DNA of 55,224 nucleotides from a candidate division FCPU426 bacterium. Its GTDB lineage: Bacteria > Oederibacteriota > Muellerivitia > Muellerivitales > Muellerivitaceae. The translations under genes and the position numbers were made by a program. The stretch is from assembly GCA_963849245.1 (NCBI GenBank), contig CAWKIY010000001.1, forward strand, positions 1 to 55,224, given 5' to 3'. Every line of letters starts with the position of its first letter. The stretch's first letter is position 1. Of the stretch, positions 40,468 through 50,378 are shown piece by piece. The notes beneath the pieces are model-generated. The model was not told where the DNA came from, did not search any database, and saw nothing but the letters and a program-made list of their open reading frames with translations.

Positions 40468-43400
40468 CTACCTCAATACCAAAACCTTTCCATGGATCAA
40501 GTTAACGGACCCACCATCATCAATTTGAACAACATAGATATAAAGACCGGTAGCCACCGTTTGGTGGGACTGACTTTCAAGGTTCCAGGTCAGGCTGTTT
40601 CCCCAAGTCTGCTCTTGATAGACTTGTTCCCCCACCAGGTTGTACAGCGTTAGTTTCACCCGGGCCGATTGAGCCAGATTGAACTTGAAATGGATGGGTT
40701 CCCCATTCCGAGAACAATTGGGCGCGGCCACAACCTGGGTAGCCCTTCCAACCGTGGGGCTCGGGCTGGGCGTCGCCGTTGGAGTCGGGGTTAGGGTCTC
40801 CGGGCCCATCCCAACGGCCCCGGGCGGCGGACCGCAGGAACCCAGATCCTGCCAAAGGGCCGGAGCCGCGTTCGGCGGCAAAGCCGGCTGGGAGATATTG
40901 GGCTGCAGTGACTGGTACAAGGAACCGGTAAAGATCACCTTGGCTCCTACCGCGTAGGAAACCGAATTGGCCGACCAAAGCGACATGCCCGCGCAAAGGC
41001 CCGGGGTCGGAGTCGGAGTCAGACCCGAACAGGGCCCCATATCCTGCCAAAGGGCTGGGGTGGCTGGTGGCATCCAGTTAGATTCCGACGTGTGCGCCTG
41101 GATGCACTTATAGAGTTCTCCGTTGTACAGGACCAAGGTTCCAACGGTATATGAAACAAAATTGCCGTTCCAATTCCCCACCCCTGAACAAAGGATCGGG
41201 GATGGAGTGGGGGTAGTGCCCACACAGGGTCCCATATCCTTCCAAAGGGCCGGAACAGCCGGGGGCATCCAATTGGATTCGGACGTGTGCGCCTGCAGAC
41301 ATTGGTATATCTCGGTGCCGTAAACCACCTTCTGCCCGACCGAATAGGCCGTGCCGGATGTCCACCCGGAGAAATTCACGCAAGCGTTTGGGGGCAAGGT
41401 GGGAGTAAAGGTGGGTGTGGGCAGCGTCGCGCCGACGACCACGTTGAAGGGTTCCACGTAAGCGGCCGCCGCCCCTCCCGTAACGCTTACCAAGGGCAAG
41501 TTGACCAGTTGGGCGCCGAGGGCGACCGAATTGTCCACGGAAAGGTTGAGGGTGATTTGAGTGGTCCCCGCAGGGATGGAGGAAAGGTTCCAAGTCACTT
41601 GGCTTCCCGTGACCGAGGCTGGAGTAATACTGGAAGAGACAAAATGAGTCCCTGGGGCCAGGTTATCCGTCACCTGTGTGCCTTGGGCCCCGCTCGTCAG
41701 CGCTTTCACTTGGATGATCAGTGAAATTTGAGCCGCCGTGGCGATAGTGGTGGGACTGCAAGCTGAACTACAGGGTTGGAATATCTCCAATTTACTTGTG
41801 AGGGAATCCCCCACATACAAATCCCCACAGTTATCGAAAGCCGGACCGCAAAGACCCGCGACATTGGGGCCCCCGCTAGTTCCCAACTGGGTCAGGAAAT
41901 CCCCGTTACCGTCATAGATCTGAATGTAATGCAGGTCCACCGGCGAGGAACCGAAGAGAGGGGTGTTGACATCCACATCGGCGTAAATATTTCCGTCGGG
42001 TCCCACTTCCAATTCAGTGGCATTCTTGGAGTTATATAAACCGTAGTCCAACATACCCGCCGAAACAAAAAAATTGGAGACGTAGGTGGGTGAAGCCGGA
42101 TTGGTGACGTTGAACTTTTGAACCCGGGGCGTTGTATCGGACACATAGAGGTTGGTGCCGCTGGCATCCACGGCAATTCCCACCGGTTGCTGGAATTGAC
42201 CCGCGGTGACCCCTGGCGACCCGACCTGGGACAAAAAGGTAGCGGTCTTAGTTCCCACGTTCACGTTGAATCCAACCACACGATTGTTGGTGGTATCCAC
42301 GACGAAAAGGTCTCCCTTCTGGTCCACCGTTAAGCCGATCGGGTTGTTGAAGGCCTTTCCGCTGGAACTACCATTGAAAGAAAAGAGGAAATTCCCGTTC
42401 GAGTCGAAAACATCCACCAGGTTCTTAATGATATCCGTGACATAGACATTATCCTGCCCGTCCACCGTGGCGCGCACGGCCAGGCCAAATCCGCCTGGAG
42501 GCGCGAAGGGGGATCCGGCAGAGCTCAGGTTAATGTTGAACTTATAAATTTTATTCGTTCCTCCGTCCACCAAGTAAAAATAAGGACTGTTGGGGGCGCC
42601 AGCGATACCGGTGGGAGAGGTGAAACAACCGCTACCACCACTACAGGTTTCCACTTTGGACGCGCTGAAACAGGGCGGCGGATTCCCGTCCAAGGGACAA
42701 ATGGTCCAGACCCCTCGGCCGTGGGTGGCCGCCACAATGGCTCTGGGTGTGGTTTGGGCCATCTTGATCTGGAAAATAGACGTATCGGGCAACGCGCTGC
42801 CCAGTTGTTCCCAGTTAAAGCCGACATTAACTTCGATTTGGAGGTAAAAAACCCCCACGTCCGTCCCGACGTAAACATTCGTCGGATTGCTCGGATCCAG
42901 TAGTATTGAATTAACCGGGGCATCCGGTAAGTTTCCGGAAATGTCAATCCAATGGGCGGCCGCATCCGGGCTGAAAAAGACATGGCCGGTCCCAAAACCC
43001 TGTAGGGCCACGTAAACGAAGGAAGAATTGGTCGGGTCCACCTTGATATCCGCGATAGGCTGGACAGGAAGGCCCGCGGTAACGTCGGTCCAGTTGTTAA
43101 AGTCGGTGGACTTGAAAAGTTTGAAAACGGGGGGCGTGGAGGAAGGCAGACGAGTGCTTCCACCCCATTCGGCCGTACTGGCGTAAATCACCTGTGGATT
43201 ATTCAAGGGCGCCGCTTCGACCGCCGTAATGAAGTTACCGTACACATCCGGCACCAGGCTGTTGCCCAGGGCCGTCCAACCTGACCCATTGCTGTCCCCC
43301 TTCCAAACATGCTCCCCTCCCAGATAGATCTGAGCCGGGTTCCCGGGAATGATCTTATACGGGACATAAAAAGGCCCGTTCTGATCTGTAATTCCGTTGG

Positions 43401-45189
43401 AATCGGTAAGTGGGTTCCAATCGCTTCCGGAATCATTCGAAACAAAAAGGCTGTAATCATACATTTCAGCGAAATACTGGGTGGGGTTCGCGGGATTTGT
43501 GTCGGTATAGCCTCCATCCCCTCCGAGGGAAATGTTCCAAGTAGGCCCGTTACCAATTGCGGTCTCCGTGCCATTATCCTGGGTGCCCCCCACAAAAGTA
43601 CCGGCATTTTCCAGATCCGGACTAACGCTTTCAAATTGGAGGGTTCTTAAATCGGTATTCAAGTTGTTCCATCCGATAGTGGACGCGCCCTTGGAGGTTT
43701 CCCAAACCCCACCGTCATTGCCGATGAACCAATTGTTCGCGTCCAGGGCTACGAAGGCATGTTGGTCCGCGTGCGAAACACTGGCGCCCCAATCAGTGAG
43801 GGGGTTCCAAGTCGTACTGTTCCCGTTTGCGGCTGCCGCGTACCACACATCCACAGCACCCGCGACCAAGCCCCCTCCCGGCGGAACGGCCAGATAAAGG
43901 TTGTACCAACCGAGGGAAAAGGCACCGTCACTGGCCGCGCCTGGCGGCAGACTGATGGGCGTCCAAGTTTGACCGCCGTTGGTGGATTGGGACAAACCCG
44001 TATCCCCGGGGCCCAAAACCGAGGGAGCTCCATTGACATCCGACATCAGGACATAAACGGTCCCGTTTTGAACCGCCAAGGCCGCCCGGAAAAGAACGGA
44101 GTCCGTGCCCGGCTGGCCGCTGGGAAAAGGTGTGGTGGTCTGGGTCCAACTATTCCCCTGGTTCGTGGATCTATAAACACCGAGGCCGCGTATTGCAGCG
44201 TAATAGGTGGAATTGGAGGAATCGTACGCCAGGTCGCTGCAGGGATGGCCGGCAAAATTAGTTCCAGTGATCCCCGTGGTCACGTAATTCCAGCTGTTTC
44301 CGCCATCAGTCGAGCGGTAGACACCCGTGGACGTGGTCAAGCCGTTGTCCAGGTAACCCCGGGTCCCCTGAGCCGCCGCCAAGAGAACCTGAGGATTTTT
44401 CGGGTCGACCAATATCCGGCAGAAGGTCAAACCAAAAAGGGAAACCGGCCCGGAAGGGCTGTTGGCGGTGCTGGTCAGGGTCCAATTGGCTCCACCGTTC
44501 GTCGATTTCATGATCCCCACCCCATAGTAGGAATCCCCGCTCATATCTCCTTCCCCCGTTCCAACATAAATAATGGAAGGGCTCACGCTGCCATCCAGGG
44601 CGATGCAGCCAACGGCCAGGCTTTGGGTAGGATCGCTGATGGGTACATAGTGAGGTGAGCCGCTCAAGGCGTTGGTGGTTTCCCAGACTCCACCGTAAGC
44701 CGAACCCACGTAAAGGGTGTTACCTGTGTTGTCGTTCGGGTCCAAGGCTAACGCGGAAACACGTCCAGAAACATTTCCCAGATCCGGATCGACGAGGGGA
44801 TTGGGTCCGATTTCCTGCCAATCGCAACCGCCATAGCCAAATACATTCTTAGAGAAAATCGAGCCGCCGGCCTGGGAAGGTCGCGTCGAGGCGGTAATGA
44901 CCTTCAATTTTTTGGCCTGCTCCTTGGCACGTTGGAGGTGGGATGCGGCGGACTCTTTATCCTTGCTCCTGCGAACCCTTTCGAACCATAGAGCCCTTTC
45001 ACGGGGATTGTCCTTGTCCTCTTCTTCTTTTTTGCTGTTTTTCCCTTTGCCGGGTGCTTTGGAACCGGCGCCGGTCAAGGCCACCAGTGATGAACCAATG
45101 AGGACCAGGATCAATACAAACCCGAATAATTTAACCAAAGTCCTCCCAGTAAAGAAGGATAGGATCCAATCCTGAAGGCTCTTTTTCAT
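40468..45189 (-). CDS. Large secreted modular protein: BNR/VPS10-like propeller(s), NHL repeats, DUF11-like domain, 3x CBM5/12-like modules, T9SS/FlgD-Ig-like CTD
   Basis: Asp-boxes, HADQH, GGTQDNG; NHL F..P.G.AVD..G.LYV.D..N.RV; three W...(Y.VG..V.Y.G..Y.C.QAHTS..NW.P...PALW) modules; CTD VAAPN..LYNLVGE..LTWN..ATGLY..GKVLVLR. Confidence 0.82.
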   Translation of the reverse strand: MKKSLQDWILSFFTGRTLVKLFGFVLILVLIGSSLVALTGAGSKAPGKGKNSKKEEEDKDNPRERALWFERVRRSKDKESAASHLQRAKEQAKKLKVITASTRPSQAGGSIFSKNVFGYGGCDWQEIGPNPLVDPDLGNVSGRVSALALDPNDNTGNTLYVGSAYGGVWETTNALSGSPHYVPISDPTQSLAVGCIALDGSVSPSIIYVGTGEGDMSGDSYYGVGIMKSTNGGANWTLTSTANSPSGPVSLFGLTFCRILVDPKNPQVLLAAAQGTRGYLDNGLTTSTGVYRSTDGGNSWNYVTTGITGTNFAGHPCSDLAYDSSNSTYYAAIRGLGVYRSTNQGNSWTQTTTPFPSGQPGTDSVLFRAALAVQNGTVYVLMSDVNGAPSVLGPGDTGLSQSTNGGQTWTPISLPPGAASDGAFSLGWYNLYLAVPPGGGLVAGAVDVWYAAAANGNSTTWNPLTDWGASVSHADQHAFVALDANNWFIGNDGGVWETSKGASTIGWNNLNTDLRTLQFESVSPDLENAGTFVGGTQDNGTETAIGNGPTWNISLGGDGGYTDTNPANPTQYFAEMYDYSLFVSNDSGSDWNPLTDSNGITDQNGPFYVPYKIIPGNPAQIYLGGEHVWKGDSNGSGWTALGNSLVPDVYGNFITAVEAAPLNNPQVIYASTAEWGGSTRLPSSTPPVFKLFKSTDFNNWTDVTAGLPVQPIADIKVDPTNSSFVYVALQGFGTGHVFFSPDAAAHWIDISGNLPDAPVNSILLDPSNPTNVYVGTDVGVFYLQIEVNVGFNWEQLGSALPDTSIFQIKMAQTTPRAIVAATHGRGVWTICPLDGNPPPCFSASKVETCSGGSGCFTSPTGIAGAPNSPYFYLVDGGTNKIYKFNINLSSAGSPFAPPGGFGLAVRATVDGQDNVYVTDIIKNLVDVFDSNGNFLFSFNGSSSGKAFNNPIGLTVDQKGDLFVVDTTNNRVVGFNVNVGTKTATFLSQVGSPGVTAGQFQQPVGIAVDASGTNLYVSDTTPRVQKFNVTNPASPTYVSNFFVSAGMLDYGLYNSKNATELEVGPDGNIYADVDVNTPLFGSSPVDLHYIQIYDGNGDFLTQLGTSGGPNVAGLCGPAFDNCGDLYVGDSLTSKLEIFQPCSSACSPTTIATAAQISLIIQVKALTSGAQGTQVTDNLAPGTHFVSSSITPASVTGSQVTWNLSSIPAGTTQITLNLSVDNSVALGAQLVNLPLVSVTGGAAAAYVEPFNVVVGATLPTPTFTPTLPPNACVNFSGWTSGTAYSVGQKVVYGTEIYQCLQAHTSESNWMPPAVPALWKDMGPCVGTTPTPSPILCSGVGNWNGNFVSYTVGTLVLYNGELYKCIQAHTSESNWMPPATPALWQDMGPCSGLTPTPTPGLCAGMSLWSANSVSYAVGAKVIFTGSLYQSLQPNISQPALPPNAAPALWQDLGSCGPPPGAVGMGPETLTPTPTATPSPSPTVGRATQVVAAPNCSRNGEPIHFKFNLAQSARVKLTLYNLVGEQVYQEQTWGNSLTWNLESQSHQTVATGLYIYVVQIDDGGSVNLIHGKVLVLR

Positions 45190-45656
45190 TTTCTTTCCCT
45201 TTCGTTTTTAAAACCGAGACAAAAAAATTCCCGTTCAATCTTAAATCGCCAGACATTCCCAAAAACAGGATTGTTCTTGAACACAAACCTTAACCGCCGT
45301 TTGTTAATCCACAACGAAACTGTTTTAACTTTTTGTAAAAATTTGGAATCCGATTTCCAAAAAAATTCAAGGCCCAACACCGGACTCTTTGCTGGTTTTA
45401 TCAAAGAACCAATAACAATAATTTCCCGGAAAGAACTTTGTTCCATGTGGGCGCAAAGGTAACAAATGTCTCGCGTATCGTATGTCTAATTCTCGTCAAT
45501 CAAATGGACTTTTTATTTTTTTGAATTTTTGATCACCGTTGTAAGGAAAAACGATTTCCGTTCAGAAGCTGTTGAAAAAATAGTTTTTCGATTCCAAGAT
45601 TCAAAACGATTTTTAAAAAAACAGAACCATCAAACATACTTTCGATTTTAGGCCAC

Positions 45657-45687
45657 AAAAAAAGCCGGGTTCCTTTGAACCCGGCTT
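45657..45687 (-). terminator. Intrinsic terminator of the NHL lipoprotein gene
   Basis: AAGCCGGGTTC-CTTT-GAACCCGGCTT stem; the A-run gives the U-tail on the minus strand. Confidence 0.8.
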
Positions 45688-45808
45688 CGATAAAAAGTTT
45701 TTTACAAGAGAGGGACTCATCCCGAATTCATAACTGAATGGACGGTCCTATTCAGCGTCCGATCCTGACGAAAAGTATTTCAAATCACCGCAGTTTCAAT
45801 CGCAAGGC

Positions 45809-47011
45809 TTAATGGAAACCCAAGATGAAATCGGATGTCCCATTCGAAACGTAGAAATCGCCAGCTCCATCCGTAGTCATGTAATACGGTTGAAATGAAG
45901 TAATACCCGCTCCAAACTGAGCCACTTCCACACCGGACGAATTAAATTTCACGATGATTTTGTTTCCCGCGTCCGCGGCGTAAACATCACCCGAGCTATC
46001 CAGCACGAGATCCTCCGGTTTAAAAGGATTAGGAAGCCCTGGGTCCGTGAAGGCTTGGATAAACGTTCCAGAACCGCTGTATTCAGCGATTCGGTGATTC
46101 CCCGAATCCGCAACCCAAACATTACCGCTATTATCCACACGTAATCCGGCGGCAAGGGGGGCTAACGGATTGGGTGATCCTGCGGCGCCAATGGTGAACT
46201 GTGACGTGTAGGTAGGGGGAGAACCAGCTGTGATGGAATAAGCGATAACCGAACTGACATCGGCAATACCAATTGTTGTGACATAAACCGTGGTCCCCGC
46301 TGAATTTACGGCCACATCAAGTGGATTGGGATAAGGCGAGAAAGCGGTTAAGTAAACCCCCGTTGGGCTAAACACGTCAACCGTGTAATTGGTCTCATCC
46401 GCCACATAAACATTCCCGGTGACAGGGTCAATACCGACACCGTAAATATAACCAAAAGTCTTACCGGAATTAAACGTATTGATACTCGTTACAGGACTTC
46501 CACCGCTCGTAGCGTATTCCTGAAGAGTATTATTACCAATGTTTGCCACCCACAGGTTGCCATTGGTGTATTGGATTCCGTTGCTATCATTCAAATAACC
46601 ACTGATCGTCGTGAAAACGCTCAGGGAATTAGTTGGAGTACTCGTGACCGTGTAAGTTTGCGTGGGTGTACTTGTAATGGTTGGTGTGGAAGTAATGGTT
46701 AACGTGGAAGTAACGGTAAATGAATTCGTCACCGTCGGCGTATAGGTCTGTGTGGCCGTGTTTGTCGAGGTCCTCGTCAAGGTTACCGTGAGCGTGCTTG
46801 TTCTCGTCGGCGTGCTTGTCGGCGTCCAAGTAACGGTAGGCGTCCCCGTGCTTGTTGAAGTCGAAGTTGGACCCAAAGGCGTCGACGTCGGCGCTGGATT
46901 GGAAGACCCCGGCGAAGAAGGCGAAGAGCTTTTGGAACCGCAGGAAACCCCTAAAATAGCCAACCCCGCCAACACCATCATTCCCATCAACAACAAAAAT
47001 ATTTTCTTCAT
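45809..47011 (-). CDS. Lipoprotein with Thr-rich linker and NHL-repeat beta-propeller
   Basis: Lipobox GVS-C; about 90 aa of T-x-T-P repeats; GNVYVADE, GNVWVADSGNHRI, GDVYAADAGN. Confidence 0.85.
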   Translation of the reverse strand: MKKIFLLLMGMMVLAGLAILGVSCGSKSSSPSSPGSSNPAPTSTPLGPTSTSTSTGTPTVTWTPTSTPTRTSTLTVTLTRTSTNTATQTYTPTVTNSFTVTSTLTITSTPTITSTPTQTYTVTSTPTNSLSVFTTISGYLNDSNGIQYTNGNLWVANIGNNTLQEYATSGGSPVTSINTFNSGKTFGYIYGVGIDPVTGNVYVADETNYTVDVFSPTGVYLTAFSPYPNPLDVAVNSAGTTVYVTTIGIADVSSVIAYSITAGSPPTYTSQFTIGAAGSPNPLAPLAAGLRVDNSGNVWVADSGNHRIAEYSGSGTFIQAFTDPGLPNPFKPEDLVLDSSGDVYAADAGNKIIVKFNSSGVEVAQFGAGITSFQPYYMTTDGAGDFYVSNGTSDFILGFH

Positions 47012-47095
47012 TTTCCAATTCTCCGTTCAAAATTTTACGATTTGGCCTAAACACCCCGTTTTAAAGGGTTTTACTTAAGCCATTCAACCGTTACT

Positions 47096-47193
47096 ACGAT
47101 TGGTGTTTGAACCGTCGGTTTTTATTCCCATCGTAAGAAAAATATTTAAAGAGGGTACCCGCAAAACGAACTAACCGTTGTTTGCCCCATCGT
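47096..47193. promoter_or_regulatory. Three ECF-sigma-like promoter motifs (RAACY-N17-TCGT): two facing the sigma gene, one divergent
   Basis: + strand GAACC 47109/TCGT 47131 and GAACT 47168/TCGT 47190; - strand AAACC 47121-47117/TCGT 47099-47096. All three have the same spacing. Confidence 0.4.
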
Positions 47194-47211
47194 GGAACTC
47201 TATGATAGGTA

Positions 47212-47853
47212 TTGGAAAAAGGATCTTTTATGGATATTGGAATAAAGGACTCTCCTGTAAACACTCATCAGATAGGGGAAGTTTTGGACGAACGCGAGCT
47301 GGTTCAAAAAATCCTCCAGGGTGACGACCAGGCCAAAACCCGGTTCTACGTCACCCACCGCGAAAGGCTCTACAAGGACTGTGTGTACTTGCTGGGCTAC
47401 CAGGACCACGAGGCGGAGGACATCGTGCAGGAAGCCTTCATCACCGCCTTCCGAAAACTCCCCGAGTTTGAGTTCCGGTCCAGCCTGGGCACCTGGCTTA
47501 CCCAGATTGGGATTTACCTTTGCTATAACCGCTACCGGAGGCGGGTAAAGCTGGTGGCCCAGGATCATTCCGCGCTCGAATCGTTTTTAAATGAAGCCGC
47601 GAGAAAGAATGATAACTCCGGCCTGGAAGACCAAAAAAAAGCCCGGTTGCGGCTGATAGAAAAGTGCCTTGAAAAAATAGGCAAGGAATGCGGCCAAGTC
47701 ATCCGTCTCAGGGATTTGGAGGGACGGGCCTACGTTGATATTGGAAAAATGCTGAAGATTCCGTTGGGTACGGTGATGTCACGCCTTTCACGGTGCAAGA
47801 AAGCTCTCAAGACGTTGGTCCAACAGACTTTGCGGGAAGGTGCCCTTGGCTGA
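47212..47853 (+). CDS. ECF-type RNA polymerase sigma-70 factor
   Basis: AEDIVQEAF, F..RSSL.TWL..I (region 2); Y.DI..ML.IPLGTVMSRLSR (region 4). The true start may be ATG 47230 or TTG 47284. Confidence 0.93.
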   Translation: MEKGSFMDIGIKDSPVNTHQIGEVLDERELVQKILQGDDQAKTRFYVTHRERLYKDCVYLLGYQDHEAEDIVQEAFITAFRKLPEFEFRSSLGTWLTQIGIYLCYNRYRRRVKLVAQDHSALESFLNEAARKNDNSGLEDQKKARLRLIEKCLEKIGKECGQVIRLRDLEGRAYVDIGKMLKIPLGTVMSRLSRCKKALKTLVQQTLREGALG

Positions 47854-48520
47854 CTTAATCCAGGAATTTTTTAAGCGGGATTTGAGCGAATCCGAATTGG
47901 ATTCTCTGGATGGAATTTTGAAAAATTCCATCGAGGATGTCCTGCGTTTCGAGAACGGCCTCGAAAAGTATTACCTCGCCACCGGCCTGCCACAACCCCA
48001 TCTTCCCAAAACCCTTCACGCCCTTCCCAAAGCAGGCGGATGGGGCGGCTGGGCCGGCGGCAGCAGTTGGGTGAAAATGGTCATCATCGTCGCGGCGGGA
48101 ACAGGTGGAATCGCTTTATGGAAATATAGTGCCGTCCCTCAAATAACAGCGCCAAAACCCGTGATAACCGCGCCTGTGTCAACCCGCCCGCCCGTGAAAC
48201 CCGCTCCTAAAATGGTTTCCAAACCTATCTTGGCCTTACCTGCCCCTGTACAACCAGGACCCGCCGCCAAAGGCGACGAGTTAAGCGTGGTGGTTGATAC
48301 AGCGAAGAAATCCCTGGTCACCGTGCGGATTGTTGACGCTTCCCAGCATGAAATCCGCCTTCTTTACAGCGGTTTCGTGGAACCAGGCCATTGGTCCTTT
48401 CAATGGGACAGCCTTTTAGCCGATGGAAAATCCGCTCCTGCCGGTGATTATTTCATTGAGGTTCAATCCGGCTCTTATCATCAATCAAAAAAAATAAGCC
48501 TTAAACCCAATCTGCCTTGA
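47840..48520 (+). CDS. Putative anti-sigma factor: cytoplasmic N-terminus, one TM helix, Pro-rich linker, FlgD-Ig/T9SS-CTD-like domain
   Basis: Overlaps the sigma stop; TM VKMVIIVAAGTGGIALW; C-terminal VTVRIVD..IRLL..G..PG...FQWD...G..APAGDYFIEV..KKI. Confidence 0.7.
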   Translation: MPLADLIQEFFKRDLSESELDSLDGILKNSIEDVLRFENGLEKYYLATGLPQPHLPKTLHALPKAGGWGGWAGGSSWVKMVIIVAAGTGGIALWKYSAVPQITAPKPVITAPVSTRPPVKPAPKMVSKPILALPAPVQPGPAAKGDELSVVVDTAKKSLVTVRIVDASQHEIRLLYSGFVEPGHWSFQWDSLLADGKSAPAGDYFIEVQSGSYHQSKKISLKPNLP

Positions 48521-48740
48521 AGCCCAATTCCAACAACAATTTTTATGCATTTTTAGTCGGTTTAATCGGTTATACCCGACTCCCCAATTCCAAAGCATTT
48601 TTCTATCCAAAACTCAAGGAATTGGGTTAAATTCTTGCCTCGTTTGGAGAGTTCTCAAACGACAATAAGGTCAGGAAAAGTATCTCAAGCCATTTGCTGA
48701 AAATTAACGGAGTTAGAATCTGAGTCGTCAATCTCTTGAA

Positions 48741-50378
48741 ATGAAAAAATCAGACATTCGGTGGAAAACCACGTTCAAGCGACAGGTGTTTTTCATTTTT
48801 GTTTTTGCTTTATGGATCAATGGAACATTCTGTTTCGCCCTTCCGACCCCAACCAGCACACCCACAGCCACCGCGACAATCAGTACCTGTACTTATCCGG
48901 GGAGTTACGGCTCAACCATTATCAACTCATCCAACATTGAAGTTTCTCAATACCTGCCATCTAGTCCTGTCACTCTTTCGGCTGCCGCCACCGCTACAGG
49001 CATTTCTGTCTATTTGGAAACCGCGTCGGGACAAGTCGAAATGGCCGTTTACTACGATAACGGCAGTCATTTTCCCGGAAATTTACTTGTTCAAACCGGC
49101 TCCCAAACCGCGGTTGCAAATGCCTGGAATACTTTCAGTCTGTCAAACGTGAGCATGCCCGCTGGAACTTATTGGTTGGGAGTCGCCTTGTCAACCACCG
49201 GGAATAACATCCCAGGCGATGTGACAAGCGGCGAAACGGCCTATAACACACAGGGTTACACTTTCGGTTCCTTATCGAACCCTTATCCGACGGGACCGAC
49301 CAACACGGGCACGATTGCCGCTTACATCAGCTTTTGTTCCACTTCTCCCGTACCGACTCCCATACCTTGCGGTCCAACGGGTCTTGCGCCGAATCTTGGG
49401 CCCTTCAACGACGGCGCTACCACCCACACTTATCTAACCCGGGTACAATTTCCCTCCGCCTCTTCCGTGACAGCCCTTATCGCTTACGACACCGGCACTA
49501 CTAATCAATATACGGTGGGAATATATGGGGATAACGGCACCGGTACCTATCCCACTAATCTTTTGGCCACGGGTTCTTACACTGATGGCAGCAGTCCCAT
49601 TCCCCAGACTATTTCTTTGGGCAACTCCGCGATCTTCAATTCGGGTTACGAATGGCTAGCCATCAGTTGCGATTCTTCCAGCACGACAAACCTGGTTTTC
49701 AGTGACTACCAACCAACCTCGGGCGGTTTTTTTACCGGTCAAATGCTCCCAACGGCCAGCGTCATCACCGCCGAATCCTTTGGCCCGGCCTTACTGGCTT
49801 TGGGATGCCAGATAACACCTCTCACCAGTACTCCTACTTCCACACCCACCAACACCGTAACGAACACACCGACAATCACCCAGACTTTCACTTCGACCCT
49901 TTCGGCGACAAATACCCCGACCATCACACCTACTCTAACTACGACCATCACACTTACCCCAACCCCGACGGATACGCCAACTGCGTCGCCAACCAGCACG
50001 AATACTCTGACCGCCACTATCACTCCAACTGTAACCTGGACGAATACGCCCATACCCACTGCTACCCAAACCGTGACCCTATCCCCGACCTGGGTTCCTC
50101 CATCGGGTCATCCTTACGTCGCGCCCAATCCCGCTCCCGGCCCTCGAGTGCAATTCGTCTATACCATGGCGGAATCGGGCACGGCAGAAGTGAAGGTTTG
50201 GAACGCCTGGGGCAATTTCGTTGGATCAACAAACGAATCAAAACACGCGGGAATTCAATCAAGTTCGTTAGACATTAGCTCTTGGGCCTCCGGACATTAC
50301 TTTTATCGCGTTGTTCTGAATTACGATTCAGGCCGCGAGGATGCCTACATTCCACAAATCCTGGCGGTAAAGAAGTGA
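48741..50378 (+). CDS. Secreted protein: two beta-sandwich domains, Thr/Pro linker, T9SS-like CTD
   Basis: Signal peptide; VYYDNG..PGNLL..AGTYWLG domain; TPT repeats; [32 protein letters not shown]. Confidence 0.75.
   Translation: MKKSDIRWKTTFKRQVFFIFVFALWINGTFCFALPTPTSTPTATATISTCTYPGSYGSTIINSSNIEVSQYLPSSPVTLSAAATATGISVYLETASGQVEMAVYYDNGSHFPGNLLVQTGSQTAVANAWNTFSLSNVSMPAGTYWLGVALSTTGNNIPGDVTSGETAYNTQGYTFGSLSNPYPTGPTNTGTIAAYISFCSTSPVPTPIPCGPTGLAPNLGPFNDGATTHTYLTRVQFPSASSVTALIAYDTGTTNQYTVGIYGDNGTGTYPTNLLATGSYTDGSSPIPQTISLGNSAIFNSGYEWLAISCDSSSTTNLVFSDYQPTSGGFFTGQMLPTASVITAESFGPALLALGCQITPLTSTPTSTPTNTVTNTPTITQTFTSTLSATNTPTITPTLTTTITLTPTPTDTPTASPTSTNTLTATITPTVTWTNTPIPTATQTVTLSPTWVPPSGHPYVAPNPAPGPRVQFVYTMAESGTAEVKVWNAWGNFVGSTNESKHAGIQSSSLDISSWASGHYFYRVVLNYDSGREDAYIPQILAVKK

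Noticed and set aside
45186-45462. Short ORFs upstream of the 1573-aa gene (and similarly at 35232-35541)
   Set aside because: AT-rich promoter-type DNA with no RBS or motif support.
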